64,000 bases of DNA, taken from positions 1 to 64,000 of the forward strand of contig JALMLS010000074.1 of NCBI GenBank assembly GCA_038496445.1. Direction: 5' to 3'. The notes beneath the pieces are model-generated. The model saw only the letters and a list, made by a program, of their open reading frames with translations. It had not been told where the DNA came from and made no database searches. This stretch comes from Trichosphaerium sp. ATCC 40318 (lineage: Eukaryota > Protista > Tubulinea). Position 1 is the first letter of the stretch, and each line of letters starts with the position of its first letter. The translations under genes were made by a program, and so were the position numbers. This document shows, piece after piece, positions 11,556 through 24,477 of the stretch.

Positions 11556-14500
11556 TTATTTCTAGGCAGCAAATCACACGCTTGATTGATTCTAATTATT
11601 ATAGTGATGTGAGTGTTGCAAATCTTACCCCGTTGTACTTTTACCGAAAAAAAAAAAAGAACTTAAAAAATTCCCAAACAAGCAAGATTTGGGCTTTGTA
11701 AACAAGTAAAAACACTGTTTTTTTTTAATACGAGCCTTTGTTATTATTTAGCATCAGTGTATCTTGGATATACTCTACTAACACGATGTGCGATTTATTA
11801 TGCCGAACCGTTTTAAGCGTTTGTGCTTGTTGATTATAAATGGCATCTCAAGTGTACAATGAGGGTAGTACAACAAGGGCTTCATTGTTCTTTGCGTTAT
11901 GGTTGAATGGCTTTCTAGTCACGTAAACTTAACATGGACATTAAAAAATTGTAGTATCCCTTCATACCTCGTACGGTTTAAAAAATGCTAGCTTGAGCAT
12001 GCTGAGCAGCAGTTAGTGACAAGTGATGCATATTGAGACAGATGGTATTTTACTTGCGTCTCATGATACCTTCTGCGTAAGCCTTTATGTGCTGCTATTG
12101 TGGGTGTGCGTTTCAATTTGCTTTGCATAAGGCAGGAGAATATCAAAGCCAACCAGGTACGCACCCTTGTTAGCGTGGTTTACGATATTAGTAGAATTGA
12201 AATTATGTTGCAAATATTCAAACGTTTTTTTGGTCAACTTAAAGCATTCGTCTTTAAGCTCACAGACATAGAGTCAACCTATAGTCGCTATTGAGTACCT
12301 TGTAAAGCTTGGCTACTTGCAACAACGAAATACATCTCCGGTCGGACTAGAAACCTCACGAAGTAGTAGATTTCGTCTAACAGCCATTGAAAAGGCGTCA
12401 ACGGTATCAAACGCCGGTTCGCACCAGAACTAGTCAGCAATTCTACTTTGCGTCTCTTGGTTGAACTGTAATAAATACAAATGTGTGCTAGCGCTACTGT
12501 TCTATAACAACGCCAATTTGCGTCGTTTGTCAAAATATTTGCAAGCGGAAAAAAGGAATAATCGTTTAGTTGCACGTTTTGAAACAAAACACCGCCCAGA
12601 CAGTTCTCACACGTGTAAGTAGGTTTAACAAGGCTTTAATAGCGTTTTGAAATATGCATTATCCATATTTGCGTATTTTATAATGATATTTCTGTGAAGT
12701 GTATCCACCGTAGTCCATATATCTATTGCACCAATGCGTTTATTGTACGTTACTATGACGTGTTTATGTGCGGTTTATAGCAGGAATATTACCAACCACA
12801 ATTTATTTATTGGATAGTTTGATCGGTATAAAAGTCATACAGTTTTTATTTCTAGTGGATCGCATCTGAGCGGTGCTGATCTGTCCTTCAATGGGCACTT
12901 AGCCGAGGACCGAAAAGCAGCCATTATTCTAGAACCTAATGTGCACTAGCTGAGTAGGTCTGTGTGCGGTGTCTAGTAAGGCGATGGGAGTTCAATGGGA
13001 TACATTGCAGGTATGTTTCTAGGGAGATTAGAGCTAAGATGGATGGATGTCACAATAAAAGTACGCCTGTATATAAATATCTAGTCCTGCAGACAAAGGC
13101 CATGGTGGCCGCGACTTTTTACAAGAAATGCCAATTATAGCAGTTTTTTTTTTTTCGAAGTGCTTCCAGCCATTTAGACTTCCATTGTTCCTAAGGTATG
13201 GATCATAGGAATAATAGTATCAGCGGTATTTTTTGTACCACAACTTTGAACAGCAACTCGCCATTGATCTAGAAAAACAGAGCTATTCCAAACATGTTTT
13301 CTACACGAAAAGAAACATGCTATGTTTCAAAGCAGTATTGATGAGCCTTTGTATTGTCCTGACTCCAAAAATACTCACCATTAATACCACACCAATTAAC
13401 ATTTCGATGTACATTCAAACAAACAACTGTCACCCAAATACAACAGCATACTCCCATTCATCCCGCATAAGATTTTCACTACCAACTAACAAAATCTGAA
13501 ATAGATGAAGATAAACAGCCTAGCTCTGCGTTTATTAAGGTCACCTTAACAAAAACATTCTTCATTGCCTCTGATGCTAATATTTGTGACATACAAGATA
13601 ATGTGACTTATGGTACAGCAGTGCAGTATCATTAAAAGGATTTAACTCTTGAAGCACGATACTTCTTATCAATTTAAAATCGAACTTTGACAGTCAACAA
13701 CTTGAGTCTTGGATAGAGCCATGACTACTAACCTACAAATTTGAACGTTTCTAAATATGTACAACAAAATTTACAACACAGTATCCAGTAATGTGCTGGT
13801 GTTTGAACGTACTATAATCACGTGTTTTAGATTTTTCTTGCTAAACTGACTGGTCAAATCCTTGCTACTGCCGAGATAGGGTTACCAAAACATTAACAAT
13901 GTGGTTCTTTAATCGAATTTCAACTTTATTTATTGGTAGTGAGTGTACCAGGATAAAACTCACCCCTTTTTGTTACTGTCACTAAATGTGTTGTTTTGAA
14001 TTGTGAACTTAACCATACAACAAGTACTCCTCTATTTCAGTATCTGTCATACGGAATCATATACTGTATCCACCATATCCATAAACTGATAACCTTTGAA
14101 CTTATCCCCATACTCAAGTACAAGCCTACGACACTTATCTTCATAAAGATTATTTAGCCAAGTTCCTTCATCTGGTTTTAAGTCATCCAACTGATGTTGA
14201 GCAAGCCTTCTGCACCACTCCTCGAAATACAAAGGTGTGGATGGTACGCTCTTTGAACTATTAGACCCAAGATTTCAGCTGTTCGCTGCTCCTTTAAACA
14301 AAAGTAAGGTGTTGTTATTGGGTACTGAGTATAGTTTGATCTACTTGCAACCCACCAAGCCATACTCCCGCAGTATGGCATTAATGTATGGAACATATGT
14401 GGGTCTTTTTTTTTCTGCAATGACGGTGAACAAATTCTGATTCAAGATTCTTGTTACACTGCACTGTTGGCCTAAATAGTCTTACATAAACACATACAAT

Positions 14501-15047
14501 CATATCCTTATTAATCTTGGCGTACCCACTTTAACTAGATTGGTTGATCTATCAGGTAAACAGGGCGTTCATAACGTTGAATTTAATCCATATCACGACT
14601 TGATTTAGGGTAAAACTTACCAGCTCTTTATAACGTTCTTCCTTTAGTGTAGATATGACAGTAAACATGTACTATTCTGCATGCAATGTTAATCCCAGTC
14701 GACAACGCTTCAGTTTGTCAGAACACCTTTTATAATTTGTATCACGTGGTATAGCTGTATCTCAGTCTAGACATTGCGCCATAAGTGTTTTTAAGAACAT
14801 ATCCAGGTTACTAGTAGAAAAACGATGCCGTGTTGTAGTACTACGTTTAGACGTACTGTAACTGATTATGGTGGCGGCAAAACACGCTATATAATCGTGT
14901 GGTGCTGAAGGGAGCGGGAAATGACGAGCGTGGCGGTATGTGTATGTGCTTCTTTCACAGAATTATGACGCAATAGTTAATCACGCCTCACAACAAAATA
15001 ATAAATATCAAACACAAACAACAAACAAATCAGAAACAACAACAACC

Positions 15048-15853
15048 ATGAGCGACCAAGAATACGATTCCAATGAATGCAGCGAAGAACAATCAGTATC
15101 GGATCAAGAATTAAATTCTGAAGAAGAAGAAATTTCAGAAGAAACCAGTAATTGTGAAGAAGAAAGTGATGAATGTCAAGACGATGATGATGACGGTGAT
15201 GACGACTGTGATGATGAAGATGAAGTGGAAGAAAGTGATTTGCGCGTTAGCGCTCCAGTCATTCAAGGACATTTCTACGGACCAGACAGGTTGTCTTCTA
15301 TCAGAGATGATACGAACAAGCTATTCAAGAACATTGAAGCACAATCATGGTCAACTATCGGTATTGGATATTGGCCATTTCATTTGTTTAAAAAACGAAG
15401 CACTGCAAAACCAAAAACTAGCTTCATGCAAGTATACGCTCAAAGACAAGGCGGGGAGTATGAATCCGCGTATCTTTTGATTTGGGAAGGTCAATGTGGT
15501 AAGTGAGAACAACTAAAACAATATTCCTGTATTTTTCTGGGTATTTAAGTTTGTTTTCTTATTTTTTTTAAGGACCTATTGGATTCCCTACACACGTGAT
15601 ATCTTTGATATCAGATTCAGAACATAGGTGGGTTATGGGTAGATCTAGTAAGAAAATGTCAAAAGACCAAGTTCGTTTGGTTGCGAGTGGTAGTGAAAAA
15701 GCGAAAATCCAAGTACCTTGCTTTGCCGTTGGCAAAGAGAAGCTTGTTTCTTTTGCTAGATTGCTAGCTCCTTTTGTTTCCATTACACCGCGTGATAAAA
15801 AGAAGGCTTTTGGGACAGACTTAAGAACGTTCAAAGCCGAAGAACTTGTATAA
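15048..15853 (+). CDS. Hypothetical protein with very acidic N-terminus, 2 exons
   Basis: MSDQEYDSNECSEEQ...DDDDDGDDDCDDEDE followed by a globular region; a phase-1 intron (gtaagt...ttaag) joins EGQC to GPIGFPTH...AEELV*. Confidence 0.7.
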
Positions 15854-16118
15854 AGAACCACTAATAAACTACTTTAATCTTTAATCATTTCTTTCAAATT
15901 ACTGTTTGATAACATACACGAATGGATGACAAGCATGTGCCTTGACGTATATGCTGTATAGCTAATATGACGTGACTTTAATGAAGGCTGAAAGTCCGTG
16001 TACAGATCACAGTACTTAAGCCATTGATTTTAAGTTGGCTTTTAACAAAATCGCCACAAATCATATTTATCACACCTTGTAAAGAATTCATTAAACAGCA
16101 CTACTGTTCGCTATCACA

Positions 16119-17263
16119 ATGCCTATAATATCCTTTGTCTTCATAAGTACTTTATTTATTCTATCGCAAGCAAGTCGACTACCACGTACGTTTTTACGCC
16201 AAAAACCGTTATAATCACGTGATATTACTCATAATTCCAAAATAACTAATTAAAAAAAACCACAGAGATTGGGGATAGTGGTGTTGTGGCACTTACGACG
16301 CGAATAATTGTACAAATCCCTGATGATGGCATGTTTACTCTTGGTAGTACACCAACTGTTTTTGTGTTATTAGATTCAGTCTCTGTTGAGATATCAACCA
16401 CAGGAACAAAGATAATATTTAGTAATCCTACTCCAACCTCGATGGAATTCGACCAGTTTAATTTAAACGTTGTATTTGATAGAACTGTATTTAGTAGTAC
16501 AGTGGGTGAGTCAAATCAAGAACTCGACGAGTTATCGAACTTTTGTCTTTGCTTATCACGTGATTTTTTGTAGTTATTGATATTTTTATATTATAACGCT
16601 TCATTCAAAGTTTATTCTTATACTGTAAATGCTGGCATATCGGCGTGTGTTTCCGTCACGTTGATACGTCATGTTGATACGTTGCACAACTTTTTTTTTC
16701 TTTGTTTTACTTTGCTGTTTCTACTGTTCTAAAGCTATTGTAGATATTGTAATAACAACTGATTTTCCTCCCGAACTTGGTGCACTTGATGCTTCTGTAG
16801 TGAGAGTTGACAATCGAGAATTCAGGTAGGTCTGCAATTGTCAACTTACAAAACCCCAAAAACATTTCACTTTTTTTATCAAAAACAAACTAAGGTATTA
16901 ACTATCACGGCTATAGCATTGTTACACAGCAAGAATTTGATCTTCCTGCAGGAGACAGTGTAGAACTAATAGTTGAGTATATTTACACGTGTGTTGGGTA
17001 CGCAAGCGTGGTAATAGCAATCCACAAACTTGAAATCTCCTAAGTTTATTTTTCTTGGAAAAATACTTCCGTTGCTGTCATGACAAAAAAAGAGTACTGT
17101 TTTTATGATGGCGCATTCCTAACTGAAAAACTCAATTGTGTTCATGTTTATGTGGGTTTTGGTCACTAATTGCATTGCATGTAGGAGTAGAAAAAGGTCT
17201 TTAAATCCTGAAATTGATGAACTTCGAAAGTCAATACTAAGAAAAGGACTTAGATTTAAGTAA
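16119..17263 (+). CDS. Small secreted hypothetical protein, multi-exon
   Basis: Signal-like MPIISFVFISTLFILSQASRLP then a gtacgt donor; beta-rich exons (RIIVQIPDDGMFTLGSTPTVFV; LDLPAGDSVELIVEY); ends LRKGLRFK*. Confidence 0.55.
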
Positions 17264-17792
17264 ATAAATGCGTGTCTACTTTATCATTTATCTACAATGT
17301 CACTTGACTGTTTCAGACTATGGCTCCACGTCTTGCTGTTTATTGTGTAACAAAGTTGTCCCTCCACCACCAACATAGAGCTGTCAATAAATATATACGG
17401 AAATCGTTTTCAGCACATGTTTAGTGGTTTAGTATCCAGGGTAGTAGCAAGGATTTGAGCTGAAATACCAGTCAGATTAAGGCAATAAAAACACTTCACA
17501 GTATAATTTTTAATAGGTGAAAGCGATTAAGTTTATTATTCTAGCCTGTTAATTAGCCGCTAAGACGCCATCAATAGAAACGATACAAGGGCGCACGAAA
17601 GATGAGAACACGTGTTGGAGAAACGTGGCCTTGGTTTGTAGGGTAAGTAGGATTCTAGCGAGGAGGTTGTAAGATTATAGCATTAGGTCCTTTATTAGTT
17701 CATAACTACTACATTTGGAGGATGCAATGTTGAAGTGAATTTTCTTCAAAGGTGAATATCTACGTGGAAATACTTGGAAGAAGGTTACGGTT

Positions 17793-18633
17793 ATGAAGTT
17801 GCGCATTACAAAGGCTTTGACTACTAGTAGTGAGCGTTTTTTGGTTTCTTGCAATTCGTATGGACACTTAAACTGGAATACGTTTAAGTTACCCGCCTTT
17901 CATAGTTACACTACAACAATGGCGCTTACAAGTAGGTTGGCTCCAGGGTTCAAGTACAGAGCTATTTTGGAAACATTAAAGCAGTATGGCCCTTTAGGGA
18001 GAAGCCAAGTACACGAATTGCTTCCACGATGGGCATTTCCAACGAAGTCGCACACTAAGGATCTTTTACAACACATGGTTAAAAAACAGCGTCTAAGGGT
18101 AGGAAATTGCTTAAATTACGCTTTAGTGGTCGAAATAACGAGCATCACGGCGAAATATTGAATTAAATGAGTCCAGTTGAAATAAATTCATTAATAACTG
18201 TATCTAGGTTTCTGCAGCAATTGGTGGGCGCGCAGGCGAAAATTGGATCTATCAACCAAATCCAACTAGACTCAACAAAAACTTTCCCCTAGCGACACAA
18301 CACTCAGCTAAGTCGCAACGTATGAGGGTACGCCACCTTTCAAGCTAATACAGAGTATTTCTACAAACTATTGCCTTAAAACCACTCACACTGCCTTTTA
18401 CCAATAGGCAGAGATGGAATTACGCATAGAGGCGTTAGGATACAATAAAGAAGAGTTTACTGGACTTTTCACAAAGAATCCTGGAGCCTGGAAGCAACCT
18501 CTTCCTTATCAACGATTGTTTCAAATAATGTACGGGTTTATCGCTTCCGAGCCACTCCACCATTGCTATGATGGTTAATCTGTTGTTTAGGGAGAAGAAA
18601 AACGCTCAAAAAATCCAAGTGTACAACCAGTAA
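17793..18633 (+). CDS. Probable mitochondrion-targeted winged-helix protein, mitoribosomal mL80-like, 4 exons
   Basis: Basic S/T-rich presequence-like N-terminus; AILETLKQYGPL...TKSHTKDLLQHMVKKQRLR resembles the IxxxxKExGPL...SKxHMKxxLxWMxxxQKL pattern I recall for mL80 (from memory, not searched); exons splice in frame to ...IQVYNQ*. Confidence 0.5.
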
Positions 18634-19779
18634 AGCAACCAACAGTATTTTTGCATTCTATCTACGTCGTTTATTGAACTATTGCGGTTTTTATTTTCCG
18701 AAGCCAAAAAATACAAAAAAAAAAATCTCGTTAATAGCAAAACGACCTAGTAAATGAAGATGGGTTTGCTTGTGGTCAAGAAGCTAAGGAATAGAAACAA
18801 AAAAAGAAAAAAGAAACGTGCGTGTAACGTGTAGTCGCTACTTGCATTTTCAAAAAAAATTAAAACATTAAACCAATTTGCCATGTAAATACTTGCGTTG
18901 TTATTATTGTGTTGCTACCTAGTCAGCCATACAATAACCTGCCAGTTTAATTTTTTTTAAAAACGCGTAACAACTTTTAACTGGGTCAACCGTTTTTTGT
19001 TTTATTGCTAACCAAACGCAGAGAAATGGTGCACATTGATCGTGATCACAAGCCTTTTAAGTTAACCCTAATTTCCGTTAAACTCCGTACTACCACGGAA
19101 ACCCTTTTCCGAATCTTCTACAGGTTGTACAAGTACAATCTAATCAAGTACAACAGACTTAGTACAAGAGACAAATAGGATGAAAACTGAGAAATTTGAA
19201 ACTTTTTAAAAAAAATCTAAACTCCTACGCGCTCCAAGAATTGTACGAAAGGCTTTAATACGTGTAGTTATACCATATAAATAACTTTTCGTCCTTCAGC
19301 GAGCAGTGACATGACACTTGTTGTGTAGTTCTCTAAAAACGCCCTGGAGTGCTTCGGAAGTTTTTGTTACTAATCTAGACATGGCTATGTGAGTCTTTAC
19401 TGCACAATCGCCATATTGTGCATTTGTACGTCTTGTGCTATGCCAATCAGTTTTTTTAGTTATTCTCAACATGTCCACACACGGGAGGAAAAGAGCAAAG
19501 CGTAAACAAAATCCACTTACACCTCTCATAGTACACTTCAAGATCGTAAAGGTACTTATATACATTAACAACAACCTCGTGTACCTGAATTGTGTGTCAG
19601 TTGCTCGAATCCCACAAGTGGGTAGATGACCAACAGTTTGTTCTTTTTTTTTTTTTTTCTTTTTTCTTTTTTGGTTTTGTCTCGTTTGCCGCCTCGTTCT
19701 TTATCATCTCGAAAGCGAGAAAGACACTATTAAATGTTAGTACCAACGCTAACGGTATTTTTTGTAGAGTGAGGTTTTC

Positions 19780-22700
19780 TTTACAGAGTGCGGATGGCAA
19801 ATAAAGAGCCCGAAGATGCTTACATTTGATCACTTTGATCCCAGTCATCTCAAAAAGTTTTGTAAGTCGCGGAATAACTATTTCAAAATGAAGTTTTCCC
19901 GAAGTTTTTTTTTTCTTTCCTTTTTGAAAGATTCGAAAAATATTCAGTTGGTGTTGACTTATTCGCATTATTAGACCCACAAAAACATGATAAACAAGGT
20001 GTTAATAGCGTTGCATCGATTGGATTAACAAAAGATAAACATCAAAGCGTGTTTTCACCACCTAAAGTTCACCCATTAAAAAAAATGAGTATGAACTTCT
20101 TGACTGCGGACCAGTAACCATGTGATGACTGTAGTTTTTTTGATTTTTTGGGTTTTAAAAACAACTTGCCTAGTAAGACCACGTTTATAATTGGTTTATA
20201 ATCACACAATGTAATAACAAACAACTGTATTTTTAATTGAAACAAAAACAAATAATAAAAAAAAAAAAATTCTTTCAAAAATTCTCCCCTTTGTGATCAC
20301 GAGATGTCGTTATATTACACGTGATAACACGCATATCTTATCATAAACACATTATGATGTTATAAAAACGCATCGAGTGTTACCATAACGAAAAAAAAAA
20401 CAAAACCTTTTGAAAATGTTCGCTTTTTAAGACCCTTAAAAACTGTCCTAATTTTCACAACTAAGCTCCCCCATGGGTCTTTTCTTCACTTATGTGCATG
20501 CGCTTTATCGAGGTATATGTTATAACAGTTATCATAATGCTATTAGGTCATTACAGGCGCGACATCTCGAGATTTTCTCGCTGAAGCACGCAGCTTTTTC
20601 ATGTATTAGTGTGTAATGGTCGTCCAAATAAAGACGAGACCGATTGGACTCTCCATAGTAAACAGGTACCAAAATAAATGGTTAAAATTTTATTACGACA
20701 AAGGCTATTGCTACAGTGGCGATATTCCCAGGTCGTGAGAGGCGATGAGTCGAAGGTACTTACCTGATACAGTAAACCAAAATATCATCTTTAGGAAATC
20801 CCAAAGAAAAATACTTCTAGTTAATGCAGGGACACTATAAGTTAAGGGCTGTGGGATTTTTAAACAAAAAGGAAGCGTTGGTTACGTTCAGAAGAAGAAG
20901 TTGTAGTTTATCCGTAAACTAAAAACGAGAGGATGTGATAAAGGCGTTAACATGATAAAGACTCTTCGGAAGAAAATTTCACGTGAGTGAGGACTTGGGT
21001 TGTTTGAGTTGATGTTACTTTAGAGTGAACATTATAAAGAGAACCAAGATATTATTTGCATGAGTATGACGATGTATGGCGATATGGAAGTACACCGCAA
21101 TCCGGATTTTTTTGTTTTAGTTTTTTTTTTTTGGTTTTTCCAATGAGGAACTTCCTTATTTTCTGTAGATTAGAACTGCTACAGGAGTTAATATTTACTC
21201 TCATTATAAATCATCAGGTAAGTACATTGTATAGTTTATATTGGTGAGGGTATATTTATGTAAAGCCGAAATAAGCATTTCGGTTATTTCGAAAATGGTT
21301 TTTATGAGCAAAAGATTTACTTCACTAGGAGTTAAACTTCTTTCTTTTTATCAGCACTACAAGAATGAAGGAGAACGAAAAGAGTTAAACCATCGTATAC
21401 AGGACCTTTGGTAGAGAGGTTTTTATGTTGTACGAAGAAGGGTGGAGCAGAAGCGAGAATGTGATTTACAAGCTACACCAGCCTGTTGCTAACTTTTTTA
21501 TTGTTGTATGTTGTGTATGACTTGTTTCGCATAACGTATACTGATTTATGTTGATGTCATTGACATCAACGATGATGTTGACGTTGATCAAAGATCGGTG
21601 GTCACGCAAACGAACACGAAAGTTTTTTTGTAGTTTTTGTTCTGTTTTTTAAATTGCGCTCACAAAGAACTCCACGGAGTTAATTTAGGTTGCTCTCCTG
21701 TAGTTTCAAGGTATTTAGAGTTCAAGTACGTCTTTTTTTAGTTTTTTTTTTTCGAGCTTACTCAAACAACAGTCATTTTGACCGGGCAATCACGTGATTT
21801 TTTTGTAAGAAAAAAGTTGTTTCGCGTTTTTTGGAGCGAAGTGTTCTTACAGAACTCTGTTTTTTTTCTGTTTTTGTGTTTTCTTGAATTCGCGAAGTAT
21901 CAAATACGTTTCAGAGTTCTTTATAGTATACTGAGGACTTACTATCATTTTCATGCAATGTATTGGTTCGCGAACCGCTTTTTTTAGTTTTTCTTTTTCT
22001 ATCCTTTTGTTTATCACGTGTATACCCTTAGACTCACTTATTATTTAGGTAGAATGTTTCCGCAGTTTTGGCTAGTGCTAGAGAAACCCCGCGGAGAATC
22101 GTAAAATGTGTACCAATCCAAAAAGAAGGCTAAAAATAAAAGAAAAACCAAAACCGAAGAAACAGTTGAAGATATTACTACACTGTTGCTTATAGTGTAA
22201 TTTTAATAACATTGGTACTTACTACAAACAAGAATTCTTTATTCAATTAATAAAAGTGGCTATCTAGTTCCTTTTTTAGGGTACGCCTAGCATTAAAAAC
22301 CAAATAGTTTATGTGTTTGTTTCTGACGTTTTATGGAAATGTTGTGTCAAATACTGCATCTAACAAGTGCTATTAATGGCATTTCGTAACTTTGAAGTTA
22401 TTTTTTTATTGATCGCAGCAACCACGGTAGGCCCACTATTTGATGATTTGTTCACGTTCTTTTCTGGTACCTGTCCAAACGTTTATTATTATGATTTTGA
22501 TACAAGCGTTTTCACAAGGTACTTCGTTCGTTGTACTACCATACTATGCTAGGAGAAAATGACATTACCGTTTTGTTCATTACCAGCAGTATGCAACTTT
22601 TTTGTTAAACAGACTACTTTCAATTTTAGTTAGGGAATAAATACAAGTTCCAAACCTTAGCACGGAACAGAGTTAGTCTGAGTAAGACTCACTCAAACTG

Positions 22701-23630
22701 GTAGCAAACTCTCCGCCTATTAAAGAGAGCTACATCGGACTGGGAGACGCAAAATATCGCTCCAAAACACAGTGAACTTTTAATTCAATTGTTTTAGAAG
22801 TTTCAGGCTGTCAACGTACCTAAGTGTACTGTAGCATAGTGCAGCGTTAATATAGTGTTTATGGATGTTAATGGCCACAGTTTCGTATTCTACAGTTGGT
22901 ACAGATGACATGTACGTCCGACGTTAGCAAGACGTGGGTATAGACGAGAAACACCATTTGTCGAGCTAATAAATAAGCAAGACATTGGTAGTATTTGTTT
23001 GTGGATACTCTTACATTCTGAAGACATGTAGGTTAGAATAACAGGTTTTTGCTTTAGCGTTCGTTCTAGGTTTACTTTTAGCATTTGGGGTTATGAGTAG
23101 TTCGAATAGAGCGGTAGTAGTGTTGTACTAACATTGTTTTATTTAGTATTGAAGTCAGATTTACGATGCTTCTATTTACTTGTGTTATCAATAAACCCAC
23201 GCCAAAAGCATATATACACACTCGCTGTAGGCATGAGGGGTAACTTTATATGACGCGCTAATGAAAAAAATATAGAGCTCTATATGTTATCATGATGAAC
23301 AAGTGAAGTTCATTACGTACGTTCTTTATGTTTTAACTTTGAACAATCTTGTAGAGGATGCATTTCAGGTGCTTCATCGCAACATGAATACGATAGATTT
23401 CTCTCTAGAAGGGACACGTCGCCACTATGTTCAGTTCTACAAGGGTTGGGAGGGCCAATATCGGAATTCTATTGCTTTGAAACATCCAAATGTTGCTTCT
23501 TAATAAAAACATTGATTTCTACCTTCAATGATGAAGGTTTCTACTTTGAAAGTAACGTGGCTAGTACAACTAAGATACGTTACTACACTTACAATAGAGA
23601 CCGAAGCTTAACAAAGAGATTTTAACTCAA
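19780..23630 (+). pseudogene. Degenerate multi-exon gene remnant(s), family unknown
   Basis: Exon-like blocks bounded by ag|...|gt (about 20557-20665, 20717-20755, 21024-21089, 21169-21217, 22419-22518) but carrying stops or frameshifts, e.g. ATSRDFLAEARSFF/HVLVCNGRPNKDETDW needs a one-base indel. Confidence 0.3.
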
Positions 23631-24477
23631 TACGTGTTAGCAACAAACTAATGTACAACTAAAACCAAAAAGAGTTTTTTTAACACTCCATGTGAGGTTT
23701 TATTCAATGGGAGATATTCCTAACAGTTATGATTTTGCAAGTCAATTCTAGCACCAATGCATGTTAGGTCATTCATCGCAACGCAGACAAACAGTGTTGG
23801 AAGAAGTCTATTTCTATACTATTCTGTCCACAACGAAGGTGGCAGAACCACTGCAAAGATGCCAATATGCTGTTAGAAACTGTGAACAACTTACTAATTG
23901 GAAGGAACTACATGGAGGAGCGCCATATAAAACAATTGCTTACATCCAATAAAAATGATAGCGCACAGATTAGGGTGGTTGTTTTCTTTCTCAATTTTTT
24001 CCGTCTTTGTCAATATATTTTGCAATTCAGTTCGTGAGGCCACTCCGCGTACGGCACGCAGCTTTCATTGTCTCATGAGTTCAAAGTTCAGCCATGTTGT
24101 TGTGATGAATCGATAAACACAAACTAGTACTTGAACATGGACAACTTCATACTTGAGAGCAATTTTTTTCTTTGCTTTCTCCTTTTTGGATGTTTGCCCG
24201 AAAAGACACAAAAACGCCGTGTAGTTATGTATGAGAGACATACAGATTGATATACGGCAACAAGTAACTCCGCTTTTAGTTTTCTAGTATACAATCATCC
24301 CAAACGGTAAATACCAAGCCCTGTAAATAAGTATCTTATGCCGATACAACTGCCTTATTTGTGGGACATTTATCACGAAGTATATCGCAAAAACTATTTC
24401 GCGGTTTTGACTAAAAAGCGTTTTGTTGGTGGACTTAATTGCTCAAGCGAATTCGTGTTAACTCTTGTATCAACACA

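Noticed and set aside
12872-12925. Hammerhead-like CTGAT..GTCC...GGAC.GAAA arrangement
   Set aside because: The core reads CTGATCT rather than CUGANGA, an extra base precedes GAAA, and no stem III or cleavage triplet is evident.
12940-13190. Possible RNase P/MRP RNA on the minus strand (CAGACCTACTC and GGAAGTCT motifs)
   Set aside because: The intervening sequence has a long poly-A run and intron-like tracts and no convincing helices; more likely decayed coding DNA.
14047-14700. Minus-strand ORF fragments, vaguely RING-like (HMFH)
   Set aside because: Multiple stops and frameshifts with no assignable family; not supportable as a feature.
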